From assembly GCA_016844955.1 (NCBI GenBank), contig JAERTH010000039.1, forward strand, positions 4,874 to 68,873: a stretch of DNA of 64,000 nucleotides, in the 5' to 3' direction. Every line of letters starts with the position of its first letter. Position 1 is the first letter of the stretch. The stretch comes from Fidelibacterota bacterium. GTDB lineage: Bacteria > Fidelibacterota > UBA8477 > JABMPR01. The translations under genes and the position numbers were made by a program. The notes beneath the pieces are model-generated. The model ran no database searches and had not been told where the DNA came from. It saw nothing but the letters and a program-made list of their open reading frames with translations. Below, one piece after another: positions 20,561-30,496 of this stretch.

Positions 20561-22153
20561 TTACTGTTGTTGAGCCACCAGTTTCAGGGCACGATCAATC
20601 CTGTTGATGCAACTGGCCTTACCCAGAATGGACATGATATCGAATAAGCCAAAACCCACCGCCTTGCCAGTAAGGGCAACTCGGATGGCGTGGACAATCA
20701 TCCCCATTCCAACACCCTCCTGCTCCACAAAATCATGCAGGATTATGTCCATATTCTGAGCAGAGAAATCTTCTATTTCTGGAAGTTTGCGACGGAATTT
20801 TATGAGCAATCCACGCTGTGCATCAGCATTTACCAGTCGCTTACGGAATGGTTTCTCCTCGTATTCAATCTTGTCATCAGCGAGAAAGAATTCTTTGTAT
20901 GCCAGGATATCACCTGCAAGTGAAATCCGCTCATTGGCAGCTTCCAGAATCGCTTTTACTCTGGATTGAGTATCGTCCGAAGCCGGAGTTTCAATCATCC
21001 CTGCTTTTTCCATGTAGGGTAAAACCATCTCTAGTTTTTCATCCAGGGTCAGTCGCCACATATATCGGCTCTGAAAGGAGGTCAGTTTCTGGGGATCGAA
21101 ACTTGCTGGAGCTTTATTGATACGATCCAGACTAAAATCACGAATCATAGCTTCACGGGTAAAATCTTCGGTGTGATCATCCAGGGACCAGCCCAGGAGC
21201 AGTAAATAATTTACAATGGCGTCTGGCAGGAATCCGATTTCGCGATAGAAATCAACAATCACAGGATTGAATGTCTCCGGGGATGCAGAAAAGCCAATTT
21301 GAGTGGCGATCTGCTCACCATGATCATAGAGCACTTTAAAATCTCTATTCTTCAGATACTTGTCCAGTTTACGCTTACTCAATTTGTTTGAGCTGCCCGG
21401 TTCAGCCACAAATGGCAAATGGGCATATTCGGGTATATCAAGACCCAGACTTTGGCCGATGAATATCTGACGTGGGGTATTGGGTAAATGTTCGATAGCC
21501 CGAATAACATGGCTGATCTCAAAAGCACCATCATCAACAACGCTGGTGAGATGGTAAAGACAGGAGCCATCCTTACGCTGGATAACGTGATCCTGCTCCC
21601 CTGCCCACTCAAATGACATATCACCACGGATCATATCATGAAATTCACACTTGCCTTCACGCGGCATTTTGAGACGCACGATAAAGTCTCGACCTTCAGC
21701 TTCAAATTGAGCAGACTGGGCATCATCTTCAGCCATCCATGTCCGACTGTAGATAAACTGACGCTTTTCTTTTTCTGCAGCCTGACGTTCGGCAGCAAAC
21801 TCTTCAGGTTTTGAGTAGTCCTTGTAGGCCAGGCCTTTTTCCAGAAGCTTATTGACCGCTTCTGTATAGAGATCGGAGCGTTGGGATTGGTAATAGGGAG
21901 CATGTGGGCCATTTATATCTGGACCTTCATCCCAGTCGATACCCAACCATTTAAAGCCATCCATAATGGGCTGGAGTGCTTCAGATACATTGCGTGCTTG
22001 ATCGGTATCATCCACTCTTAAAATGAATTTGCCGTTATGATGGCGGGCAAAAAGCCAGTTGAACAATGCGGTTCTCACACCACCAATGTGGAGATAGCCT
22101 GTGGGACTGGGGGCAAAACGAACACGAACGTTGGACAAAGTGGAGGGAGTCAT
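20561..22153 (-). CDS. gltX: Glutamyl-tRNA synthetase
   Basis: VRFAPSPTGYLHIGG, KLSKR, C-terminal anticodon domain (IRVALTG...GLF). Confidence 0.96.
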   Translation of the reverse strand: MTPSTLSNVRVRFAPSPTGYLHIGGVRTALFNWLFARHHNGKFILRVDDTDQARNVSEALQPIMDGFKWLGIDWDEGPDINGPHAPYYQSQRSDLYTEAVNKLLEKGLAYKDYSKPEEFAAERQAAEKEKRQFIYSRTWMAEDDAQSAQFEAEGRDFIVRLKMPREGKCEFHDMIRGDMSFEWAGEQDHVIQRKDGSCLYHLTSVVDDGAFEISHVIRAIEHLPNTPRQIFIGQSLGLDIPEYAHLPFVAEPGSSNKLSKRKLDKYLKNRDFKVLYDHGEQIATQIGFSASPETFNPVIVDFYREIGFLPDAIVNYLLLLGWSLDDHTEDFTREAMIRDFSLDRINKAPASFDPQKLTSFQSRYMWRLTLDEKLEMVLPYMEKAGMIETPASDDTQSRVKAILEAANERISLAGDILAYKEFFLADDKIEYEEKPFRKRLVNADAQRGLLIKFRRKLPEIEDFSAQNMDIILHDFVEQEGVGMGMIVHAIRVALTGKAVGFGLFDIMSILGKASCINRIDRALKLVAQQQ

Positions 22154-22284
22154 CTGATGTAAATTCTTTCTTCTTTATGTTAAGGCTTGCTAAAACCTTT
22201 GACTAATGAACTCAATTCAGCTCTGCAATCTAAACGACATCCCCACATAAGTCGAGGATTGAAGCATTCCGGGCTGACTTTGGA

Positions 22285-22917
22285 CTATTTAAATCGAATG
22301 CTGCCCATTTGATGACCCGCCATATCCAGGTTGACTTCATCGCCGGGATTTAAGACGCCTACACCCTCAGGCGTACCCGTGAAAATGAGATCACCTGGCT
22401 GAAGATCAGTATACGCTTCCAGATAGGCAGGGATTTTCTCCAGAGGCAATATCATCTGGCTACTGTCCCCCCGCTGCCGCACTTCCTGATTGAGCGTCAT
22501 GGTGAATCGAATTTGTCTCAGTGAGGGTATTTCGTTCATGGAGATAAAGCGGCTGACGATGGCTGCTCCATCAAATGACTTGGCCAGGGTCCAGGGTTTT
22601 CCAGCAGCCTTTAGTTCATTTTGCAGGTCTCGCAAAGTCAAATCCAGACCTAACCCGATTCCAGCTATAAAGGCCCCTCTATCATTTCTGTCGATCAGTG
22701 CAATAATTTCTGTTTCGTAATGAACTTCCCCATGATTGCGAAACAGGGTTTGTGAGCCAGATAGGGGTACTAGTGCGTTCAAACCTTTCTGAAATACCAG
22801 TGGTCTGGCCTCTACTGCATTTCCCAATTCTTCGGCGTGTTTGGCATAATTTCGACCAAGACACCAGATAGTTCGAGGCTGAATCCCCTTCTCTTTTTCA
22901 GCAAAATCAAAAGCCAT
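22285..22917 (-). CDS. Fumarylacetoacetate hydrolase family protein
   Basis: CLGRNYAKHA, HYETE, LDLTLRD, AKSFD, GDLIFTGTPEGVG. Confidence 0.92.
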   Translation of the reverse strand: MAFDFAEKEKGIQPRTIWCLGRNYAKHAEELGNAVEARPLVFQKGLNALVPLSGSQTLFRNHGEVHYETEIIALIDRNDRGAFIAGIGLGLDLTLRDLQNELKAAGKPWTLAKSFDGAAIVSRFISMNEIPSLRQIRFTMTLNQEVRQRGDSSQMILPLEKIPAYLEAYTDLQPGDLIFTGTPEGVGVLNPGDEVNLDMAGHQMGSIRFK

Positions 22918-22951
22918 AATAGTTCCTGGGTTTATGAGTTGACGTTACCGA

Positions 22952-22986
22952 ACCCTGAGGCGGCGCAGCCGGGACTCGAAGGGTGG
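22952..22986. repeat. REP-like hairpin (long variant)
   Basis: ACCCT-GAG-G-CGGC-GCA-GCCG-GGA-CTC-GA-AGGGT nested stems; 28/35 identical to 58641-58675. Confidence 0.75.
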
Positions 22987-22995
22987 TATGGTTTG

Positions 22996-23046
22996 TGAGT
23001 TTTTGAGTTCAATGAGTTCGATGATTTAATGGGTTTTATGGTATTT
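22996..23046. repeat. Degenerate 8-9 bp tandem repeats (TGAGTTNN)
   Basis: tgagtttt tgagttcaa tgagttcga tgatttaa tgggtttta tggtattt. Confidence 0.7.
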
Positions 23047-23051
23047 ATTCT

Positions 23052-23173
23052 CTGACTACTGACTTCTGTCTTCTGACTTCCGTCTTCTGTCTTCTGTCTT
23101 CTGACTTCTGACTACTGACTACTGACTTCTGTCTTCCGTCTTCCGTCTTCTGTCTTCCGTCTTCTGTCTTCTG
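23052..23173. repeat. Heptamer tandem array, 17 units, consensus CYGWCTW
   Basis: Counted in phase: ctgtctt x6, ctgactt x4, ccgtctt x4, ctgacta x3, plus a partial unit. Confidence 0.97.
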
Positions 23174-23180
23174 CTCCTCA

Positions 23181-25007
23181 TCAATTCAATGCTTCTTTAA
23201 TCCGTATTGCCATGGTCTTGGATATACCTGGTACGTGGGCAATTTCTTCAATGCTGGCATTCTTGAGTTGTTTCAATGACCTAAAATATTTTAAAAGTGC
23301 CACACGCCTGGATTGCCCGATGCCTTCGATATCATCCAGAGCAGAATGTACCATCGCCTTCCCCCGACGTTTCCGCTGGAAAGTAATGGCAAACCGATGG
23401 GCCTCATCACGAATCCGCCTTAACAAAATGATAGATGGACTGGTTTTGGGAATTCCCTGCGAGTAGGACTCACCTGGCAGGAAAACTTCTTCCAACCGTT
23501 TAGCCAACCCCAATATGGCAATATGGGACATTCCCAATCTTTCCATAACCTCAACAGAGGCACTCAATTGCCCCTTTCCTCCATCAATCAGAATCAAGTC
23601 AGGTTCTGGGAGCCCTTCCGCTTTAACACGGGAATAGCGACGATGGATGACTTCCTTCATACTGGCAAAATCATCAATTCCATCAACAGTTTTAATCTGA
23701 AACTTGCGATATTCTCTTTTAGCAGGTTTCCCATCAATAAAGCAAACCAGGGAAGCTACGGTTTCGGTTCCACCAAGATGGGAAATATCAAAACCTTCTA
23801 TTCTCCGGGGTGGCGCGGAGAGATTTAAATCCTCTTGTAGCGCCCGAACCATTTTCGGTACGATTTCAACACGTTGGGCCTGCTCTAAAGCCCAATCCTT
23901 TAATACCAATTCTGCATTGCGTTCTGCCAGATCCAATAGCGTCTTTTTCTCACCGATCCGGGGAATACTGAAAGTAATCTTGACTCCAGATACATCTTTT
24001 AGCCAGGCATTGATCATATCCATATCGGCAACTTTATCAGGAACCAGGATTTCTCTGGGGATAAATGAGGCATCTTCATAGACCCGAGTAATCATGCGAC
24101 TGAGGATGCTGGGCAATTCTTCATCTTCCGTGCCTCGGAAGCGGAACTGCTCTTTCCCAATGAGCTTACCGGCACGGATTCGGATGAGAATTCCGCAGGT
24201 CAGATTATCCTGTCTGGCAACACCGAGGACATCCCGATCTTCAAAATCACTGGTTCGTAAGCGTTGGCGACTCACATAGGATCGTACTGCTTCAAGCTGA
24301 TCCCTGTGACGGGCAGCATGCTCATATTCCATATTTTCTGCTGCCGATTGCATTCTGGTTTCCAGATAGGCATCTACAGGGTCGGTTCTACCTCTCAGAA
24401 AATCTTCAACACGATTGATCATCTCAGCATAGTCCTGCTTGCTGATCAGTCCCTGACAGGGTCCATCACACTTTCCAATGTGATAATCCAGACAGAGCTG
24501 CACTTTTTTAGCAGCTACAGATTCATCATCCATGCGATAGCTACAGCTACGAATGGTAAAAATGCGTTTAATCACGGCCAGGGCAGCACGGAGTCCTTTC
24601 ACATTGGTGTAGGGACCATAATAAATAGATCCATCTTTGACAATGGTGCGAGCTACAAACACCTGGGGATAATCTTCGTTGGTGATGCGGATATAGGGAA
24701 AGGTTTTATCGTCGCGAAGGTCAATATTGAACTTTGGACGGTGTTGTGTGATGAGATTTGCTTCAGTGAGCAGCGCTTCAACTTCAGTACGAGTAACCAA
24801 TGTCTGAAGATCCCAAATGCGTGCCACCAAGCGAGCTGTTTTGGGACTATCCGGAGTACCTGTGAAGTAGGATTTTACACGATTCTTCAGCACCTTGGCT
24901 TTTCCTATATAGATTATCTTACCACTTCTATCGTAATAGAAATAGACACCTGGCTGGGTAGGCAGGTCTTTGAGTTTCTCTTTATAGGGTGGAACCACAG
25001 TACTCAT
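23181..25007 (-). CDS. uvrC: Excinuclease ABC subunit C
   Basis: GIY-YIG (GVYFY...IYIGKAK), UVR domain, IEGFDISH, DGGKGQ, C-terminal HhH. Confidence 0.98.
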   Translation of the reverse strand: MSTVVPPYKEKLKDLPTQPGVYFYYDRSGKIIYIGKAKVLKNRVKSYFTGTPDSPKTARLVARIWDLQTLVTRTEVEALLTEANLITQHRPKFNIDLRDDKTFPYIRITNEDYPQVFVARTIVKDGSIYYGPYTNVKGLRAALAVIKRIFTIRSCSYRMDDESVAAKKVQLCLDYHIGKCDGPCQGLISKQDYAEMINRVEDFLRGRTDPVDAYLETRMQSAAENMEYEHAARHRDQLEAVRSYVSRQRLRTSDFEDRDVLGVARQDNLTCGILIRIRAGKLIGKEQFRFRGTEDEELPSILSRMITRVYEDASFIPREILVPDKVADMDMINAWLKDVSGVKITFSIPRIGEKKTLLDLAERNAELVLKDWALEQAQRVEIVPKMVRALQEDLNLSAPPRRIEGFDISHLGGTETVASLVCFIDGKPAKREYRKFQIKTVDGIDDFASMKEVIHRRYSRVKAEGLPEPDLILIDGGKGQLSASVEVMERLGMSHIAILGLAKRLEEVFLPGESYSQGIPKTSPSIILLRRIRDEAHRFAITFQRKRRGKAMVHSALDDIEGIGQSRRVALLKYFRSLKQLKNASIEEIAHVPGISKTMAIRIKEALN

Positions 25008-25176
25008 GCTGAAAATCTAAAAGGCAGAGCCTGGAATGCTTGAGTTTTATTATAGTAGGCAGGGATTCATCGAAGAGAATCACCTGGTTATATATTTGCT
25101 GTTGCTGATCTATTTTATTTTGGCCCACTTGCTCCCATAGTATATTATTTAATACAAAACAAAGGACTATTCGACA

Positions 25177-27318
25177 ATGAAATATGCTGTATTCTTCCTA
25201 CTTGTAGTATGTAATGTATTTTCACAGCGTCCCCAATGGGAACAGTATGCCAACACCCGCCAGAGCAACTGCATTTTGGAGGATGGGGACTACCTCTGGA
25301 TTGGCACTGATGCTGGGTTGGCTCATTTTGAAAGAGAAACTGGAAATCTTGAAGTACTGAATAATTCCAATTCTGGACTACCATTTAATTATGTCACTGA
25401 CCTGGCCTTCGATGGTAACCACAGATTGTGGATAGCGATGGGTGAAGGATACAACGACTTTGAAAATGGCATAGCCGCTTATGATGATTCCAACTGGGAG
25501 GTCTTTAATCATGAGAACTCTCCAATTCCTGAGGGCAGTGTGAATTCAATCTGTATTGAATCTGATACAATTATCTGGATTGGAGTCAATCAGTATGAAT
25601 CGGGCGCAGGTGGTGGACTCGCCCGATATGATGGACATTCCTGGACAGTCTATACCACAGAAAATTCTGACCTCCTCAGCCATTTGATCTCGGTCGTAAC
25701 CATTGATACTGAAAATCGAGTCTGGATTGGTTCATCAAGAGGTGTTTCCATCTTTGATGGCGAGAATTGGACCATTTTTGCAAATGGTGAAAATGATACA
25801 CCATATGGTGGCGTGCGAGATATTGATTTCGATTCTCTAGGGAACGCGTGGGCAGTTGGACGAAAAATCTCAAAATATGATGGAACGACCTGGACAACCC
25901 TGAATCCTGAAGAGTTTGGTTTATACTCATTTAACTCGTCCGCAATAACGGTTGATGAGAACGATACCAAATGGATCGGTTTCTATGAGGGTGGACTTAT
26001 GGAGTACAATGAAGATTCCTGGGCCATCTATGATACTTCGAATACTGATTTGAGCGAATGCACTTTTGAAAGCAATATTATCATCACTCTTGAATCTGTA
26101 ATCATTGGTACTGACCAGGGCATTAAAACATTTAATGATGGTCAATTCACTCAACTAAACACGACCTTATATAATTTCCCCTCAAATTATGTCATGTCCC
26201 TGGCGTTTGATAATAACGATAAACTTTACATGAGTACCTTTTGGGGTCTGGTAACCATGGAAAATGACACTTGGGAGGTTTTCACCACAGAAAATAGCGA
26301 TCTCCCTTTCAGATATTCTGAACATATGTGCTTTGATGAATCAGGACGTGGGTGGTTCAGTGGAAATTTTGCTGAACTGATGCTTTATTCTGATTCCACC
26401 TGGACTGTATTTAACCCCTCCAACTCACCCTTACCTCAAGGCGAAATTAGTGGTCTGCTACCCCAGGACAATGGGGTTTGGATATCGACTTACAACCATG
26501 GAATCCTTTTCTTCGATGGAGTGGACTGGACAGCGTTTAATACTGACAACTCAGGAATTCCAACTAATCACATCAGGACAATCAGAATTGACACTTCGGG
26601 GACTATGTGGCTAGCCACTTATAACCATGGATTGTGTCGCTATAGTGACAGCACCTGGGTACAGTATGATCCATCTAATTCTGACATTCCCCGCTCTGAT
26701 GTCTATGACATTGAAGTCAGTGATGATGTTATCTGGGTGACTACCAATGACTGGATATCTCAATTTGATGGTGAGACCTGGTTGAATTACGAGCTGGAGA
26801 GTGAAAATATTGATATTGAAATTGATGAAAATGGTTTGGCCTGGATTAGATCATGGGGAAATGGTCTCCTCACCTTCGATGGGATGACCTTTGAATCTGT
26901 TAATAGTCAAAATTCCGGATTCCCTGCCACTTCCGCAAATTGCATAATGATTGACGACTATAACAACAAATGGTTCGGTTCAAGGATGGGATTGACAATA
27001 TTTAATGAAACGGGAATCACCTCCTCAATTGATATCCAGGATTTGACAGCCCCTGACAGGAAATCTTTGATATCGAATTTCCCTAACCCTTTTAACAACA
27101 GCACCAGAATCCAATTTTTTCTCACCCAACCAATGAGCCTTAATCTTTCCATATACACCATTAATGGAAAGCTCGTATCTCAAGAGCAGCTTCCACAACT
27201 CCCCGCTGGTGAACATCAAATTCCCTGGGAAAGCGCTGATTTGCCTTCCGGAGTGTATCTATACAAAATTTGGGGAGGTGAGTTTGTTGGAACGGGTAGA
27301 GGACTTTTGTTAAAGTAG
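25177..27318 (+). CDS. Secreted beta-propeller protein (two-component-regulator propeller repeats) with T9SS-type C-terminal sorting domain
   Basis: Signal peptide; many W..(F/Y)..NS.LP...V..I..D....W repeats; C-terminal NFPNPFN...LPSGVYLYKI. Confidence 0.85.
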   Translation: MKYAVFFLLVVCNVFSQRPQWEQYANTRQSNCILEDGDYLWIGTDAGLAHFERETGNLEVLNNSNSGLPFNYVTDLAFDGNHRLWIAMGEGYNDFENGIAAYDDSNWEVFNHENSPIPEGSVNSICIESDTIIWIGVNQYESGAGGGLARYDGHSWTVYTTENSDLLSHLISVVTIDTENRVWIGSSRGVSIFDGENWTIFANGENDTPYGGVRDIDFDSLGNAWAVGRKISKYDGTTWTTLNPEEFGLYSFNSSAITVDENDTKWIGFYEGGLMEYNEDSWAIYDTSNTDLSECTFESNIIITLESVIIGTDQGIKTFNDGQFTQLNTTLYNFPSNYVMSLAFDNNDKLYMSTFWGLVTMENDTWEVFTTENSDLPFRYSEHMCFDESGRGWFSGNFAELMLYSDSTWTVFNPSNSPLPQGEISGLLPQDNGVWISTYNHGILFFDGVDWTAFNTDNSGIPTNHIRTIRIDTSGTMWLATYNHGLCRYSDSTWVQYDPSNSDIPRSDVYDIEVSDDVIWVTTNDWISQFDGETWLNYELESENIDIEIDENGLAWIRSWGNGLLTFDGMTFESVNSQNSGFPATSANCIMIDDYNNKWFGSRMGLTIFNETGITSSIDIQDLTAPDRKSLISNFPNPFNNSTRIQFFLTQPMSLNLSIYTINGKLVSQEQLPQLPAGEHQIPWESADLPSGVYLYKIWGGEFVGTGRGLLLK

Positions 27319-27341
27319 GCAACAATAGGCTATATCAGATG

Positions 27342-27755
27342 CTACCCTGGATGTGATTTCTCACAGAGTTCAATCAATACACCACCAGTTGATTTGGGGT
27401 GGATGAAAATAATCCGCATATCGTGGGCACCAATTTTTGGCTCCTCACTCAATAAAACAATTCCTGCAGTCTTGAGCTTCTGCACATACGCATCCAGGCC
27501 TTCGACCTCCAGTGCCATATGATGGATTCCCGGTCCTCGTTTTTCCAGGAATTTTCCTACAGGTGTATCAGCATTTAGCGGCTCAAGCATCTCGATACTG
27601 GACTGCCCCACCTCAAAGAAGTGGGTGGTGACACCTTCTGATTCTACCGGTTCTGACCCGCTAAAATTCAAGCCCAGAATATCTTCGTACAATACTCTGG
27701 TCTGTTCTGCATCATTGCCAGCCACTGCGATGTGACTTATTTTTTTCACCCTCAC
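27342..27755 (-). CDS. mce: Methylmalonyl-CoA epimerase (VOC family)
   Basis: HIAVA, IEMLEP, GIHHMALEV, HPKSTGGVLIELCE. Confidence 0.92.
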   Translation of the reverse strand: MRVKKISHIAVAGNDAEQTRVLYEDILGLNFSGSEPVESEGVTTHFFEVGQSSIEMLEPLNADTPVGKFLEKRGPGIHHMALEVEGLDAYVQKLKTAGIVLLSEEPKIGAHDMRIIFIHPKSTGGVLIELCEKSHPG

Positions 27756-27760
27756 AGGAA

Positions 27761-29311
27761 TTACTCCAAATCCGAAAGCTTAGCCATGATTTGATCCAAA
27801 ACGAGGTTCACTTTCCAGGTTGGAATGGTATAATGATTTACCATGATTGAAAATATTATTGGCGCTCCAGATTGGGTCCAGGTAAAGCCACTCAGTGCCC
27901 GGACATAACCAATGGTTCCGGTTTTAGCTCTGACATTGCCTTCCGCGCTGGTGCCAAGTGCACGTTTACGGATGGTACCGGTTACCCCAGAAAGAGGGAA
28001 TGATTCGATATAGTAACTACGGAGGGGATGCTCCCACATTATCTGAAGCAGGGATATTGATGTGTTCGGGGAAACCAGATTATGCCGGGATAGTCCTGAA
28101 CCATCTCGCAGCTTTAGATTTTTGGTATCCATACCAAGGGAATCAAAGAGTGCCATCTGAACTTTCCGTCCTTGACGCGATGACCCCTCCTCGCCAAATT
28201 CAGTGCCTAAGGTTTTTTGCAGTGATTCTGCTATAAAATTCTGACTGGGACGATTCACTTTTGAGATAATATCTGAGAGCGGATGAGACTTGTATGTGAA
28301 CAATCGTTGGGTAGCAGCATAGTCCACAGAGTCTGCTAGATCATCCCCATCAACGGGATTACCTGTTACTGCAATGCCATAATCCGCCAATCTCTCCTTG
28401 AGTACATGCACAGTAAATAGTGTTGGGTTATGAATGGTAATAGTTTTTTCACTCTCGCCTGTTTCACGACGATAATCCCCCTCAAACCAGGCATCGTTGG
28501 TCCCTCTTTTGCGACCATAATCCCACTCGGTTGATGTATCACTGCTAACCGTAACCAGGTCATTTCGCAGATTCATATATGATGTCTGAGGATGCCCCTC
28601 AATGATCACCGGGTTGCCCAGCGAAACTGAATCTGGTGTAAGGATGTAATCGATATAGTTTTCGCTATATGAAAGCCCTGAGAGCTGGGCGGCATAATAA
28701 TAGGTTTCATCATCCCAGGACCAGCCATAGCCCAGGGATTCATCGTCAAAGACATTGTCATCTCCAATGATATCACCATCAATTCTGGTAATACCTCTGG
28801 CTTTCAGGGAATCAACAAAGTATACCATGACCGAGTCGTAGTTCTTATCAAAGAAACGCCAGGACCAGGACGGGTCACCACTGCCTTTTACAATCAAATC
28901 ACCATGAAGCACGCCATCCTTATCTATTGAACCATTGGTCACAAAATCGGTTTCATAACGATACTGGGGACCCAGCAGGCACAGTGCAGCAGCCGTGGTA
29001 TACATCTTCATGTTGGAGGCAGGCATAAACAGCTTAGCCGGGTTTCGCTCGTAGACAACCTCCCCAGAATTGGCATACTGGATTTTCACACCCCACCAAC
29101 CCATTTCAGTGGGGGCATTGTTCAGTAACGTATCCACTTCAAATGCAACCTGCTGTTGAGCATTGCGTCTGAACTCCTGCTTGGGAAGGGAGGTTGAAGT
29201 GGGATTGTTTGTACTGCAAGCAATCAACATTACAGACAATAGAGAGATGATAAATAACTTGAATTGGGCTTTCACGAATAGCTCCTGACAGAGAAGGTAA
29301 TTGAAAATCAT
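27761..29311 (-). CDS. dacB: D-Ala-D-Ala carboxypeptidase/endopeptidase PBP4 (peptidase S13), lipoprotein
   Basis: ASNMK (SxxK), SQN, KTG, DGSGLSR; lipobox LIAC; true start possibly GTG 29275 after AGGAG. Confidence 0.93.
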   Translation of the reverse strand: MIFNYLLCQELFVKAQFKLFIISLLSVMLIACSTNNPTSTSLPKQEFRRNAQQQVAFEVDTLLNNAPTEMGWWGVKIQYANSGEVVYERNPAKLFMPASNMKMYTTAAALCLLGPQYRYETDFVTNGSIDKDGVLHGDLIVKGSGDPSWSWRFFDKNYDSVMVYFVDSLKARGITRIDGDIIGDDNVFDDESLGYGWSWDDETYYYAAQLSGLSYSENYIDYILTPDSVSLGNPVIIEGHPQTSYMNLRNDLVTVSSDTSTEWDYGRKRGTNDAWFEGDYRRETGESEKTITIHNPTLFTVHVLKERLADYGIAVTGNPVDGDDLADSVDYAATQRLFTYKSHPLSDIISKVNRPSQNFIAESLQKTLGTEFGEEGSSRQGRKVQMALFDSLGMDTKNLKLRDGSGLSRHNLVSPNTSISLLQIMWEHPLRSYYIESFPLSGVTGTIRKRALGTSAEGNVRAKTGTIGYVRALSGFTWTQSGAPIIFSIMVNHYTIPTWKVNLVLDQIMAKLSDLE

Positions 29312-30327
29312 CGAGGGCTTACACCCAATCCAGGTAAATCTGAGAGCATAATTGTACCGGAGTCGTTACCCACTCCCTGGTATGGATCATTGGACAGTAA
29401 GACATTGCCATCAAGGTCTAACCAGCGTGCAAATGAACCCAGTTGTGACATGGCTGAAATTCCGATTGACGTCTCCACCATACAGCCCAACATGATATCG
29501 AATTCGTGCTTTTGGGACAAGTCAACCATTTTGCGGGCATTGGTAAGGCCGCCACATTTCATCAACTTGATATTGATACCATCATAGGCACCTACCAGAC
29601 CAGGAATATCCTCAGGACGAACAGAGTTTTCATCGGCGACCAGAGGGAGTGGTGAAAACTCTCTCAATTTGGCTATGTCATCAAGCTGATCAGCTGGCAT
29701 GGGTTGCTCCAGGAATTCTACATTTTCCTGTGCCAACCATTCAGCTCCACGTTTGGCATCATCCAGGGTTTTCCAGCCTTCGTTTACATCCACCCTCAAA
29801 ACTTTATCAGTTTCTGCGCGAATGGCCCGCATGATATCGTGATCATAATCGGTACCCAGCTTAATTTTCAAAATGGGGTATGGGGCAGCTTCCTCAATTT
29901 TTGCTGGAATCACACTTAGATCAGAAATACCAATGGTATAGGATGAGAGTACCATTTTCTGTTGGGCGCCAAATGTCCGCCATAATGCAATCCCGGTCTG
30001 CTTGCCATATAAATCCCAGAAGGCTGTATCCAGGGCAGCTTGCAAAGAATAGCTATCTGGAAATAGTTGCTCCAGGGCTGATTGACGATTCTCATGATCT
30101 TCAATCGAGAGGGTGAGGATTTGGTCTTTCTTATCTGTGAGCATGCCAAGAACCGCCTCTGGTCCCACTTCGTATCTCTTGCAGGGAGCAGCTTCACCGT
30201 AACCAATATTGTCACCATCACTGAGTTCCAGGATGACTACATCGTAATAGCTTTCAGCACTTCTGGCTATTTTGAATTCAAATTTTGTGGTGATCCTTTT
30301 GATGGACCAATTCAAGGTAAGAGACAT
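29308..30327 (-). CDS. Dipeptide epimerase-like enolase-superfamily enzyme (AEE/DgcA-like)
   Basis: KIK, D-E-D metal ligands (RVDVNE, LEQP, VADE), NIKLMK, GCM, DLDG. Confidence 0.88.
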   Translation of the reverse strand: MSLTLNWSIKRITTKFEFKIARSAESYYDVVILELSDGDNIGYGEAAPCKRYEVGPEAVLGMLTDKKDQILTLSIEDHENRQSALEQLFPDSYSLQAALDTAFWDLYGKQTGIALWRTFGAQQKMVLSSYTIGISDLSVIPAKIEEAAPYPILKIKLGTDYDHDIMRAIRAETDKVLRVDVNEGWKTLDDAKRGAEWLAQENVEFLEQPMPADQLDDIAKLREFSPLPLVADENSVRPEDIPGLVGAYDGINIKLMKCGGLTNARKMVDLSQKHEFDIMLGCMVETSIGISAMSQLGSFARWLDLDGNVLLSNDPYQGVGNDSGTIMLSDLPGLGVSPR

Positions 30328-30496
30328 GTTGATTCCTTCTTTGAAGAGCTGTTTAAATCATACTTTACAACGAAACAAACGAATTGAACGAAAGATTGGA
30401 TTGATCCTTCTACTCATTTCGATTCAGGGCTGGCAGGATATAGGATCATTTGAATCGTTTTATTCCTTATCAAAATTTTTCCCTATCAATCCGCAA

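Noticed and set aside
23052-23183. Heptamer array as a peptide or as stop-codon read-through extension of UvrC
   Set aside because: UvrC is already complete with its HhH domain, there are two in-frame TGA codons, and the frames through the array that I translated hit TAG within about 20 codons
24264-25043. Long antisense ORFs (this 259-aa one, also 768-1259, 30272-30694, 53364-53948 and many shorter)
   Set aside because: They lie opposite well-supported genes, have no recognisable motifs, and are consistent with shadow frames
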